Below, piece after piece: positions 43,888-52,736 of a DNA stretch of 64,000 nt (its first letter is position 1; the number at the start of each line of letters is the position of its first letter). Source of the DNA: Candidatus Falkowbacteria bacterium (GTDB lineage: Bacteria > Patescibacteriota > Patescibacteriia > Patescibacteriales > WJLG01); contig CAVVFV010000010.1 of assembly GCA_963747695.1 (NCBI GenBank), forward strand, positions 325,618 through 389,617. Reading direction: 5' to 3'. The notes under the pieces are model-generated. The model had not been told where the DNA came from. It searched no databases and saw nothing but the letters and a program-made list of their open reading frames with translations. A program made the position numbers and the translations under genes.

Positions 43888-44748
43888 ATGCGAATAATTG
43901 ATGGAAAAAAAATAGCCGATAAGATCAAGGACGAGATCGTCGCCGAGATTTTGTTAGCCAATAAAAATGATATTCATGCGCCGAAGCGGCCGCTGCTCGC
44001 GATAATTCTGGTTGGCGACCGGCCGGATTCGCAGCTTTATGTTTCCTTGAAAGAAAAAGAGGCGAAAAAAGTCGGCGTGGACACCACGCTTTATAAATTG
44101 TCGGTCAAGGCGCCCGAAAAGGAATTAGAAGAAACAATTAGTTTTTTAAATAATGATCAGGCGACTGACGGGATTTTATTGCAATTGCCGCTGCCGGATA
44201 ATTTCAATACCGATAAAATCGTCGCGCTGATTGATCCGGCTAAAGACGTTGATCATTTTCATCCGGAAAATTTGAAAAAATTAATGGACGGCGACGAAGA
44301 GCTGCTGCCGCCGGTCTGCCAGGTCATTTTGGAAATTTTGGAAGATATCAAATATGATCCAGCCGGCCGTTCCGCCTGCATCGTGGCTAATTCGGAAATT
44401 TTCGGCCTGTCGCTTGCCAAAATTCTGGAACTTCACGGCGCCTTGACTAAAATTGTCACTCCGGCCGATGAGGACTTAGTCGAACAAACCGTTAAGGCGG
44501 ATATTTTGGTAACGGCGGTCGGGCAACCCGATTTGATAACCGGAGAGATGGTAAAAAAGGACGCGGTGATCATCGACATCGGCATCAGCAAAGAAGATAA
44601 TAAAATTTTGGGTGATGTTAATGCCGCAAGCGTTAAAGACCGAGCCGGCTATCTCACGCCGGTACCGGGCGGAGTTGGGCCGATCACCATCGCCGCGGCG
44701 CTGAAGAATACCGTGGAAATTTGGAAAAAAAATAAAAAAGTTGACTAA
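43888..44748 (+). CDS. folD: Bifunctional methylenetetrahydrofolate dehydrogenase/cyclohydrolase
   Basis: ILVGDRPDSQLYV, GILLQLPLP and TPVPGGVGPIT. Confidence 0.9.
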   Translation: MRIIDGKKIADKIKDEIVAEILLANKNDIHAPKRPLLAIILVGDRPDSQLYVSLKEKEAKKVGVDTTLYKLSVKAPEKELEETISFLNNDQATDGILLQLPLPDNFNTDKIVALIDPAKDVDHFHPENLKKLMDGDEELLPPVCQVILEILEDIKYDPAGRSACIVANSEIFGLSLAKILELHGALTKIVTPADEDLVEQTVKADILVTAVGQPDLITGEMVKKDAVIIDIGISKEDNKILGDVNAASVKDRAGYLTPVPGGVGPITIAAALKNTVEIWKKNKKVD

Positions 44749-44807
44749 TTTTTTATAAAAGCGCAGAGTGATGCAGAGGGGCTGAACATTCCAGATTTAT
44801 CAACGCG

Positions 44808-45158
44808 ATGGGGGGCAAAATGAACGGAAAAAACATAGGGAAAACGAACATTAAGGGAAAATTACCTACTTATGATGAGTATTGCGATGTCTCGGCCCAG
44901 GGTGGTCTGGATGAAATGGCTTGTACCATAATTTCTGCCAGGATGCGCGAGAAAAAAGTCGAGCCGGGGAAAATAATCGTTTGCCGGATCGACACGGGCG
45001 CGGAAGCCGACGTTACTAATGTTTTGGCCCTGGTCGATTTGCATGCCCAATTCGGGACCAGATTGCTGGTCTTTACTCATGATGCCGGTTTGCAGCCGAC
45101 AATTGATGAAGTGGCGGAAATTATTTCAACGGTCGGCAACAACGGCCCCTTGATCTGA
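44808..45158 (+). CDS. Hypothetical protein
   Basis: 116-aa ORF. No motif recognised. Confidence 0.45.
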   Translation: MGGKMNGKNIGKTNIKGKLPTYDEYCDVSAQGGLDEMACTIISARMREKKVEPGKIIVCRIDTGAEADVTNVLALVDLHAQFGTRLLVFTHDAGLQPTIDEVAEIISTVGNNGPLI

Positions 45159-45266
45159 ACCGCCTTAACCTTTTCTTCAAGCCACGGCAGACGCTATCGT
45201 CTGCCCTTTTTTATACCAAATTTATTTATCCTTATATTAGCATAAATACTTGTTTTATGTTAATCA

Positions 45267-45295
45267 TTGACTTATTAATTAACATATGTTAATAT
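45267..45295 (+). promoter_or_regulatory. Promoter with overlapping 16-bp perfect palindrome (candidate TA operator)
   Basis: TTGACT (45267-45272), 17-nt spacer, TAATAT (45290-45295). The palindrome attaacatatgttaat (45278-45293) covers the spacer and the -10. Confidence 0.55.
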
Positions 45296-45319
45296 ATACA
45301 TATAAGCTTAACAAAAATT

Positions 45320-45598
45320 ATGATTAAAAATAAGCAATTGAATATGAATAAGGATTTTTACAGTGTTAAAGAATTGGCCGATTTATTGCATTTAAGCCGG
45401 ATCACGATTTTTAACCGCATAAAAAATGGGAAAATCGAGGCGGAAAAAGTCGGGCGTAATTATATTATCAAAAAAAAGGACGTTGATTTAATTATTCTAG
45501 ACGGGTTGACCGACAAGGTTAAGAGTGAAATTGAGAAGGGGGTTAAGAGGGTTATCGCCGAATACGGGGACGTCCTAAAAAAATTAGGTAAAGAATAA
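45320..45598 (+). CDS. Excisionase-type HTH DNA-binding protein (putative antitoxin)
   Basis: YSVKELADLLHLSRITIFNRIKNGKIEAEKVGRNYII. Its stop abuts the Doc start (TAATAATG). Confidence 0.7.
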   Translation: MIKNKQLNMNKDFYSVKELADLLHLSRITIFNRIKNGKIEAEKVGRNYIIKKKDVDLIILDGLTDKVKSEIEKGVKRVIAEYGDVLKKLGKE

Positions 45599-45599
45599 T

Positions 45600-46028
45600 A
45601 TGGCGATTCAAAATATTTCTCTCGAGACAATCAAATATATCGCGTATTCTTTAGCTAAAGATACGATGAGCTGGAATGAACCGATCCCGGAATTTGAGAC
45701 CCGCTTTCCCAATGTTTTGGAAAGCTGCATTGCGGTGCCTTTTCAGAAATTTTCTCAACAATTTTTATATCAAGGCTTATCCGGCAAGGCGGCGGTTTTA
45801 TTTTATCTATTGATAAAAAATCATCCTTTTCAGAATGGCAACAAGCGCATTGCCATTACCACCTTGTTGATTTTTTTATATTTAAACAATAAATGGCTTA
45901 AAGCTGATAACGCGGAATTATATAATTTCGCAGTTTGGGTGGCGCAAAGTCCGGCCGAGGCCAAGGACGACATTGTGCCGTTTATTGAAAAATTTATCAG
46001 CAAAAGATTGAATAATTCTCAGAAATAA
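45600..46028 (+). CDS. doc: Fic/Doc-family toxin (death-on-curing type)
   Basis: Fic motif HPFQNGNKRIAITT. 142 aa. Confidence 0.8.
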   Translation: MAIQNISLETIKYIAYSLAKDTMSWNEPIPEFETRFPNVLESCIAVPFQKFSQQFLYQGLSGKAAVLFYLLIKNHPFQNGNKRIAITTLLIFLYLNNKWLKADNAELYNFAVWVAQSPAEAKDDIVPFIEKFISKRLNNSQK

Positions 46029-46068
46029 ATTTTACCGCAGGTTGGCAAGCAATATTTAAGGCAAAAAA

Positions 46069-46311
46069 ATGTATTACCTTTATATCTTGAAGTGTGCGGA
46101 CAAAACTTTGTATACCGGCATCACGGTGGATTTAGTGCGGAGATTAAAAGAACACAATGAATCTAAAAAAGGCGCCAAATATACCCGCGCCAGAAGGCCG
46201 GTGAAAATTGCCTACTCTAAAAGATTTCTCAACCGCTCGGCGGCTGCCAAAGCGGAAAGCCGAATAAAAAAAATATCCCGGCGAGATAAACTTAAATTGA
46301 TCAAACAATAA
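46069..46311 (+). CDS. GIY-YIG nuclease-family protein
   Basis: YYLYILKCADKTLYTGITVDLVRRLKEHN. 80 aa. Confidence 0.8.
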   Translation: MYYLYILKCADKTLYTGITVDLVRRLKEHNESKKGAKYTRARRPVKIAYSKRFLNRSAAAKAESRIKKISRRDKLKLIKQ

Positions 46312-46365
46312 AAAAGAATTTTTAACCGGCTTGCGCATAGCCGGTATTTTTTATAAGATGAATGA

Positions 46366-48558
46366 ATGACTAATGAAAACATCGAATTTACGGCAGAGTC
46401 CGCTTTGCGAGACTCTGCCGGGGCAAAGCAGCAGGCCGTGGAATTACTGAAGATCCATTATGGTTTTGATAAGTTCCGGCCGGGGCAGGAGGAAGCGATT
46501 GATGCGATATTGGATGGCAAGGATGTTTTAGTGGTGATGCCGACCGGCGGCGGCAAATCTTTGATCTACCAATTACCGGCTTTGGTTTCGGACGGCGTGA
46601 CGATCGTGATCTCGCCGCTGATCGCCTTGATGAAAGATCAGGTCGACTCGATGAATAAGATCGGCGTACCGGCGACGTTCATCAATTCTTCGATTTCGCC
46701 TGACGAGGCCAAAGAAAGATTAACTCTGGTCAAAACGGAATTTTATAAACTTTTATATATAGCGCCGGAAAGATTTTATAATGACGAATTTGTTTCTCAG
46801 CTTGCCGAACTGAAAGTCAAATTATTCGCCGTGGATGAAGCGCATTGCATCAGCCAGTGGGGACATGATTTTCGCCCGGCCTATATGCGTTTAGGCAGGG
46901 CGATCGAGATGTGCGGGCGGCCGCCGATCGCGGCGCTGACCGCCACGGCTACGCCGGAAGTCAAAGAAGATATTTTGAAACAACTGGGAATGACCAAAGC
47001 GGAAAAGATTATCACCGGTTTTACCCGGCCGAACCTGCAATTTGGCGTGATCAAAGCGCCGGACGCGCAAAAATTATCGTTGATCGCCGATACGGCCGAA
47101 AATATCGAAGGTTGTGGGATCATTTATACCGGCACTCGCGCCAAGGCCGAAGAAATTACTGATCTATTATTAGAACGCGGACTTGAAGCGGTTTTTTATC
47201 ATGCCGGAATGGATCCGGAAAGCCGCAGCTGGACGCAGGAAAATTTTTTGACTGGTAAAACGAAAATAATCGTTGCCACCAATGCTTTCGGTTTAGGGAT
47301 CGATAAAAAAGATGTGCGCTTCGTCATTCATCACGATATGCCCGGGACGATCGAGGCTTATTATCAGGAAGCCGGCCGCGCCGGACGCGACGGCGCGCCT
47401 TCGCTGTGTTTATTGTTTTTTGCGCCGAAAGATCGGTTTTTGCGGGAATTTTTCATCAAGGGTGATAACCCAACGCCGGAAACCGTTTTGGAAATCTATG
47501 AAGTGCTAACTAATTATGAAACCGACCGGATCTTTACGACCTATGCCGAGCTGATGGAAAATCTATCGGATAAAGTTCCGGATATGGCGGTCGGCACTTG
47601 CTTGAAAATTTTAGAAAAGGAAGGTTATATCGCCCGCTCGAGCGAAAAAACCAGCCCGGCTTTTTTGCGTCAGGTAAATAATCATCAGATGACTTTGGAT
47701 TTTATTTCCAAACAAGCCAAGAAGCAGGTTGAGATTTTGAATAAACTGCAGGCGCGATTTGATAAAGAATTGATTGATGGCTGGGAGTTTGATCTGGACG
47801 AAGTGGCCGGCATCATCGAAACCAGCCGTGAGGCCTTGGTCAGATCGATCAATGCCTGGAAAAAAGCCGAACTGGTGGAATATACTCCGCCCAAGCGCGG
47901 CACGGAAATCCAAATTCTGAAACGCGTCCCGCGTGAGGAAGTAAAAATAGATTTTTCGGCGATGCGCGAGAAAGCCCGGCGCGCTTATCGCAAATTAGAT
48001 GAGATGGAAGATTATGTTTATCATTTCGGCTGCCGTCCGGAATACATTTTGAATTATTTCGGTGAATACGATGTTAAGCTCTGCGGCAAATGCGATAATT
48101 GTTTAGGCGGCGGAGAAGTAAGAAGTCAGAAGGCAGAAGTAAGAAATAAAAAATATGAATCCGGAAACGATAAGCCGCTGTATTATAGAAAAAGAAGCGA
48201 GGAAAATATCGGAACCGGTTTTGGCGATATCAAAGTGGAGAAGAAAACTTTAAGCACTAAATTGACCCAGCTGGAAACTTTGGACTTATATAATAAAGGG
48301 AAGAGTATTGCCGAAATTGCGGCCGAGCGAGGATTTGCGGAAAATACTATCTATGGACATTTGGAATTTCTGATTGAAAAAAAATTGATCAAGGATGTCG
48401 ATAAATTGGTTAGCGCGAAAAAGCAGGACAAGATTTTCGCCGCCATCAAGAAAGTCGGGGCCGCCAAATTGACTCCGATCAAGGATGAACTCGGCGACGA
48501 TTATTCCTGGGAAGAAATAAAGCTTGCCCGCGCGAAATTCAAATCTCGTAGCGCGTAA
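46366..48558 (+). CDS. recQ: ATP-dependent DNA helicase RecQ with C-terminal HTH extension
   Basis: PTGGGKSLIYQLPAL, FAVDEAHCISQWGHDFRPAY, zinc-binding CxxC region CGKCDNC. 730 aa. Confidence 0.9.
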   Translation: MTNENIEFTAESALRDSAGAKQQAVELLKIHYGFDKFRPGQEEAIDAILDGKDVLVVMPTGGGKSLIYQLPALVSDGVTIVISPLIALMKDQVDSMNKIGVPATFINSSISPDEAKERLTLVKTEFYKLLYIAPERFYNDEFVSQLAELKVKLFAVDEAHCISQWGHDFRPAYMRLGRAIEMCGRPPIAALTATATPEVKEDILKQLGMTKAEKIITGFTRPNLQFGVIKAPDAQKLSLIADTAENIEGCGIIYTGTRAKAEEITDLLLERGLEAVFYHAGMDPESRSWTQENFLTGKTKIIVATNAFGLGIDKKDVRFVIHHDMPGTIEAYYQEAGRAGRDGAPSLCLLFFAPKDRFLREFFIKGDNPTPETVLEIYEVLTNYETDRIFTTYAELMENLSDKVPDMAVGTCLKILEKEGYIARSSEKTSPAFLRQVNNHQMTLDFISKQAKKQVEILNKLQARFDKELIDGWEFDLDEVAGIIETSREALVRSINAWKKAELVEYTPPKRGTEIQILKRVPREEVKIDFSAMREKARRAYRKLDEMEDYVYHFGCRPEYILNYFGEYDVKLCGKCDNCLGGGEVRSQKAEVRNKKYESGNDKPLYYRKRSEENIGTGFGDIKVEKKTLSTKLTQLETLDLYNKGKSIAEIAAERGFAENTIYGHLEFLIEKKLIKDVDKLVSAKKQDKIFAAIKKVGAAKLTPIKDELGDDYSWEEIKLARAKFKSRSA

Positions 48559-48587
48559 CTCACAACGCTTAACGCCTAAAAATTTTT

Positions 48588-48699
48588 GTCATCCTCTGTT
48601 GGTTCCGTCGCAGTCTCGCCGCGGACTGCGACGCGATTGCCGCGCGTCGGGCAGCAGTCCGAGGCGAGACTGCTGCATGACCAAAAGGGGGCGGATGAC
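48588..48699 (+). repeat. E2 GC-rich nested-stem element, copy 2
   Basis: ttggttccgtcgcagtctcgccgcggactgc...gcagtccgaggcgagactgctgcatgaccaa, closed by gtcatcc (48588-48594) and ggatgac (48693-48699). Confidence 0.7.
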
Positions 48700-48729
48700 A
48701 AATCGGCGCGGTTTTGATAATCTGGAATT

Positions 48730-49422
48730 ATGAACAAAGATACGCAGAAGGAATTATTGAGGATCGTGCGGAAGAATTATGAGGATGACGCGCGGACCTT
48801 TGATGAAACGCGGGAAAAACATATTTATTCCCCGCTTTTAGAAATGCTTCAAGGAGTTGATCGGGGTGCTCGCGTTTTGGATGTGGGCTGCGGCAATGGG
48901 CGGCTGCTGAAAGTTTTGGCCGAACGGCATGCCAAATATATCGGTGTGGATCAAAGCGAATCGCTCGTCAAAATCTGCCGTGACAAATATCCGGAATATA
49001 AATTTGCCGTTGAGGATATTCTGAGTCTGGGTGAATTGCCCGAATATGATTTTGATTATGTTTTTTGCATTGCCGTTCTTCATCACTTGCCGGGTAATGA
49101 TTTAAGATTGCAAGCCTTGAAGCAGCTGAAAAACAAGATCAGAGCCGGCGGAAAAATAATCTTAACTGTCTGGAATATGTGGCCGCAGGAAAAATATCGC
49201 CGGATGATTTATAAATTCGCGCTGTTAAAAATTGTCGGCAAGAATAAGATGGACTGGAACGATGTTTTATTCGATTGGCGCGCGCCGAATAGCCAGATGA
49301 GCAAGCGGTATTATCATATTTTCAATCAGTGCGAATTGATTCGGCTGGCCAAAAAATCCGGACTTAAGGCGGAAAAAATCTTTAAAGATAAGTTTAATTA
49401 TTATTTAGTCTTGACAAAGTGA
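48730..49422 (+). CDS. Trm9/ALKBH8-like class I methyltransferase
   Basis: VLDVGCGNGRLL, CIAVLHHLPG, ILTVWNMW and KRYYHIFNQCELIRL. This is the pattern I associate with tRNA mcm5U34 methyltransferases. Confidence 0.65.
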   Translation: MNKDTQKELLRIVRKNYEDDARTFDETREKHIYSPLLEMLQGVDRGARVLDVGCGNGRLLKVLAERHAKYIGVDQSESLVKICRDKYPEYKFAVEDILSLGELPEYDFDYVFCIAVLHHLPGNDLRLQALKQLKNKIRAGGKIILTVWNMWPQEKYRRMIYKFALLKIVGKNKMDWNDVLFDWRAPNSQMSKRYYHIFNQCELIRLAKKSGLKAEKIFKDKFNYYLVLTK

Positions 49423-49525
49423 AGTTTTGCTGATAAATTACTTAAGGTCTATTCGGTAATTTTAATGCGGCAAAAAAAGATTTTGTTGAGTCCCTGTCCT
49501 TTAACCTATATCCAAGGAGGAAGAC

Positions 49526-49903
49526 GTGAGCGATACCATCGAAAAGGCAGAGCTAGCCGGCCTGAGTGATTTGCTCATCAGCGATCAGCTCGTGGTGGAC
49601 GTTGCCGGCAAGAAGCTGTTCGTTTTTGTAAATCGCCAGAAGGAAACCGGCCTACGGAAACTTGTGGTGGACGTTGCCAGCAAGAAGCTGCTCGTTTCAG
49701 CAAATCATAAGAAAAAATCCGGTCTGCAGAAAAACGCCGAACATTCTGCCGCCTATCGCCTTTTTTTTGGCGAGCGGGAGACATCGCCCGGAGAAGCAAT
49801 GTTGATCTTTTGGCATTACTATGCTTTGGAAACCAGCCATTACATCACTGAAAACGGCACTTTTACCCTCCTGGTCGGCCAAGGTCGTCCTCGCCTGAAT
49901 TGA
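49526..49903 (+). CDS. Hypothetical protein with a 24-aa tandem repeat (GTG start)
   Basis: SD aaggagg 6 nt before the GTG. DNA repeat of period 72 nt (49592 and 49664) encodes VVDVAGKKLFVFVNRQKETGLRKL and VVDVASKKLLVSANHKKKSGLQKN. Confidence 0.55.
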   Translation: MSDTIEKAELAGLSDLLISDQLVVDVAGKKLFVFVNRQKETGLRKLVVDVASKKLLVSANHKKKSGLQKNAEHSAAYRLFFGERETSPGEAMLIFWHYYALETSHYITENGTFTLLVGQGRPRLN

Positions 49904-49919
49904 AAACGGTTCCGCGCCT

Positions 49920-49950
49920 GCCCTGATAGCGATATCAGGGCTTTTGTTTG
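49920..49950 (+). terminator. Intrinsic terminator
   Basis: gccctgata-gcga-tatcagggc followed by ttttgtttg. Confidence 0.75.
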
Positions 49951-50183
49951 ACAGGTATTTTCGCCCGTGTTATTATCTTATTTCAGGCTAGTTGTTCTTC
50001 GGACAAGTAGCCATTTTTATTGAAACTGTATATTGTAATATTGCTATACTGTTATATTGTTGCGCAACGAGAAGAATATTTAGCAATATAACAATATGAC
50101 AATATAACAATTTATTTAAAATATCTAAAAAATATAATCATGTTTCATGTTACACGTTTCATGTTTCATGTTATCAGAAAATT

Positions 50184-51566
50184 ATGTCTGAATTATCCAG
50201 CGCCATCCGCGCGGTGTGCGAAGAAAAAGGTTTGAGCTATGAAGCCGTGGTGGAAACCATCGAGCTGTCTTTAGCTGCGGCCTATCGCAAGGACTTTGGC
50301 CAGAAAAATCAGAACATCAAAGTGAAATTCAATCCGGAAACCGGCGAATCCGAAATTATGGACGTCAAAACCGTGGTCGCCAATCTGCCGGAAGATTATT
50401 TTGACCTTGAGGGCAAGGTCAATGAAAAATACCGCCCCAAGCGCGAAGAAATTTTGATTACCGCGCCGGTCGCCGCAACGGCGAGCAATCAAAGCAAGGC
50501 TCCGGTTGAGGAAATCGTCGGCGCCTCGATCGAAGGTGAAGAAGACCTGATTAAATTCAATCCGAAAACGGAAATCCAAATGAAGGACGCTTTCCTGATC
50601 AAACCGGATGCGGGATTGGGAGAAGAAATAATTACCAATTTGGAGGTGCCCAAAGAATATGGCCGCATGGCCGCGCAAACCGCCAAGCAGGTCATTATCC
50701 AGAAATTAAGAGAAGCCGAGCGCGAAATGGTGATGAATGAATTCAAGGACAAAGAGCACGAAGTCGTCACCGGAGTGGTGCAGCGCCGCGAGGGCCGGAA
50801 TGTTTTGGTGGATCTGGGCAAGGCGATCGGCCGGTTGCCGATGGAAGAGCAGATTTACGGCGAAAAATATGAAACCGGCGACAAGGTGAAAGTATATATT
50901 AAGGAAGTCCGTTCCGGCTCTAAAGGTCCGGAAATAATCTTGTCCCGCACATCGGATGAAATTTTGAAAAAGATTTTCTTTTTTGAAATACCGGAAATAT
51001 CCAATGGCTTGATCGAGATCAAGGGTGTGGCCCGCGAGGCCGGCAACCGCTCGAAAGTGGCGATCTGGACCGACCAGGAAAACGTTGATCCGATCGGTTC
51101 CTGCGTCGGACAAAGAGGCAGCCGCATCCAGACGATCATCTCCGAATTGGGCGGCGAGCGGATCGATATGGTCAAATATGATGATGACCCGGCCCGCTTT
51201 GTTTCCAATGCGCTGTCTCCCGCTAAGGTGATCAGCGTGGATTTGCGGCCGGAAGAACGCCGGGCGCTTGTTAAGGTAATGCCCGATCAGCTGTCTCTGG
51301 CGATCGGCAAACGCGGTCAGAATGTCCGTTTAGCCGCCCGATTGACCGGCTGGAAGATCGATATTATGGAAGAAGGCGACGGCACCTCGGCCAAACTATC
51401 TTCGGAAATACTCGAAGCTGCCCCGGAAGAAGTCGCCGGCTTGGCGGAAAAATTAACGGCCGAAGAAGTAAAACCGGAAGAATCGCCGACCGAAGAAAAA
51501 AAAGAAAAAAAGCCTAAGAAAGAGAAAAAGGCTAAAGTTAAAAAAGAAAAGAAAGAAGAACAATAA
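50184..51566 (+). CDS. nusA: Transcription termination/antitermination factor NusA with Lys/Glu-rich tail
   Basis: S1 and two KH domains (IGSCVGQRGSRIQTI, AIGKRGQNVRLAARLTGWKIDI). C-terminal EEKKEKKPKKEKKAKVKKEKKEEQ. Confidence 0.9.
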   Translation: MSELSSAIRAVCEEKGLSYEAVVETIELSLAAAYRKDFGQKNQNIKVKFNPETGESEIMDVKTVVANLPEDYFDLEGKVNEKYRPKREEILITAPVAATASNQSKAPVEEIVGASIEGEEDLIKFNPKTEIQMKDAFLIKPDAGLGEEIITNLEVPKEYGRMAAQTAKQVIIQKLREAEREMVMNEFKDKEHEVVTGVVQRREGRNVLVDLGKAIGRLPMEEQIYGEKYETGDKVKVYIKEVRSGSKGPEIILSRTSDEILKKIFFFEIPEISNGLIEIKGVAREAGNRSKVAIWTDQENVDPIGSCVGQRGSRIQTIISELGGERIDMVKYDDDPARFVSNALSPAKVISVDLRPEERRALVKVMPDQLSLAIGKRGQNVRLAARLTGWKIDIMEEGDGTSAKLSSEILEAAPEEVAGLAEKLTAEEVKPEESPTEEKKEKKPKKEKKAKVKKEKKEEQ

Positions 51567-51679
51567 TTTATTAGGCACTTAGGAAATTAGGTACTTAGGC
51601 GCAACGAAAGTAAAGTGATAATCTAAGTATCTGGCTTCCTAGTCACCTAATTACCTAATCAACTAAGTACCTAACTAAT

Positions 51680-52603
51680 ATGATTTACGTTATTGGACAC
51701 AAATCTCCGGACTTGGATACGGTCGCCGGCGCGATCGCTTGGGCGGGATTGGAAAATAAAACCAACGGAACGACCGATTACGTTTCGGTGATTGCCGGCG
51801 ACGTGAATAAGGAAACGGCGTATGTGCTGGAAAAATTCGGCATTAAAATTCCGGAAAGATTGGCGAGCGCCAAAGGCCAGAAACTTTATTTGGTCGATCA
51901 CAACGAAGAATCGCAGATGGTGGAAGGCGCGGCCGAAGCTGAGATCGTCGGCGTGCTGGATCATCACAAGATAAATTTCAAGTGCGAAAAACCGATTGAA
52001 TTCAAGAGTCTGCCTTGGGGATCGGTCTGCTCGATCATCGCCCAGCAATATTTCTGGAAAGAAGAAAAGATCGAGAAAAATCTGGCCGGCCTGATGCTGG
52101 CCGCGATTTTGGTGGATACGGTCATCACTAAATCCCCGACTTGCACTGAAATTGATAAAGAGATCATCGCTAAGTTGGCCAAAAGGGCGGGCATCAAGGA
52201 TTGGCGCGCTTTTGGAATGGAAATTTTCAAGGTCCGCGGCGCGGTTTCTGATAAGAGCGCGGCTGATATTATCAAAGGCGATTTCAAAGATTTTGATTTC
52301 AAAGCCGGGAAGTTCGGCATTGGCCAAGTGGAAACCGTTGATCTGAATGACTTTGCCGCCAAAGAAGAAGCGATCATCACCGAGCTTTCCAAGATGCAAC
52401 AGACCGGCGGCTATCACAGCGTAATTTTATTCATTACTGATATCATCAAGGAAGGCTCTCAATTTTTGGTCGCGACGAAAGACTTGGCGGCGATGGAGAA
52501 AGCGTTAAAAAATAAATTAGTCGATAATAAGGTTTATCTCCCCGGCGTCATGTCCCGCAAAAAACAGGTGGTGCCGATGTTGAGCGAAGTTTTTGATAAA
52601 TAA
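51680..52603 (+). CDS. ppaC: Family II (Mn-dependent, DHH) inorganic pyrophosphatase
   Basis: MIYVIGHKSPDLDT, LVDHNE, VLDHHK, and a DHHA2 C-terminal half. Confidence 0.85.
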   Translation: MIYVIGHKSPDLDTVAGAIAWAGLENKTNGTTDYVSVIAGDVNKETAYVLEKFGIKIPERLASAKGQKLYLVDHNEESQMVEGAAEAEIVGVLDHHKINFKCEKPIEFKSLPWGSVCSIIAQQYFWKEEKIEKNLAGLMLAAILVDTVITKSPTCTEIDKEIIAKLAKRAGIKDWRAFGMEIFKVRGAVSDKSAADIIKGDFKDFDFKAGKFGIGQVETVDLNDFAAKEEAIITELSKMQQTGGYHSVILFITDIIKEGSQFLVATKDLAAMEKALKNKLVDNKVYLPGVMSRKKQVVPMLSEVFDK

Positions 52604-52644
52604 AATATAATGCTAATTTCGCTAATGATGCGAATCTACGAATG

Positions 52645-52688
52645 ACCCACCCCGTCCGCGAGGCGCGGCCACCCCTCCCAAGAGGGGA
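52645..52688 (-). repeat. E1 repeat, copy 5
   Basis: Reverse complement ttcccctcttgggaggggtggccgcgcctcgcggacggggtgggt. Flanked by AT-rich aattagcat/attcgc word arms. Confidence 0.85.
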
Positions 52689-52736
52689 ATTCGCGCAATT
52701 AGCATCATTCGAAAATTAGCATTAGAACCAATTAGC

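Noticed and set aside
42646-43890. Folate/ZTP-type riboswitch upstream of aroB/folD or downstream of glyA
   Set aside because: The GC-rich sequences here are copies of the dispersed E1 repeat and occur in both orientations. They do not match the ZTP (pfl) or THF motifs as I remember them.
50030-50180. Possible CRISPR array or other regular tandem repeat (aatataacaat / gtttcatgtt words)
   Set aside because: The repeats are 8-12 nt, degenerate and partly inverted, with no constant period and no unique spacers. No cas genes lie in the window.
51671-52417. 248-aa minus-strand ORF
   Set aside because: It is antisense to the family II pyrophosphatase gene, which has clear DHH motifs. It is spurious.
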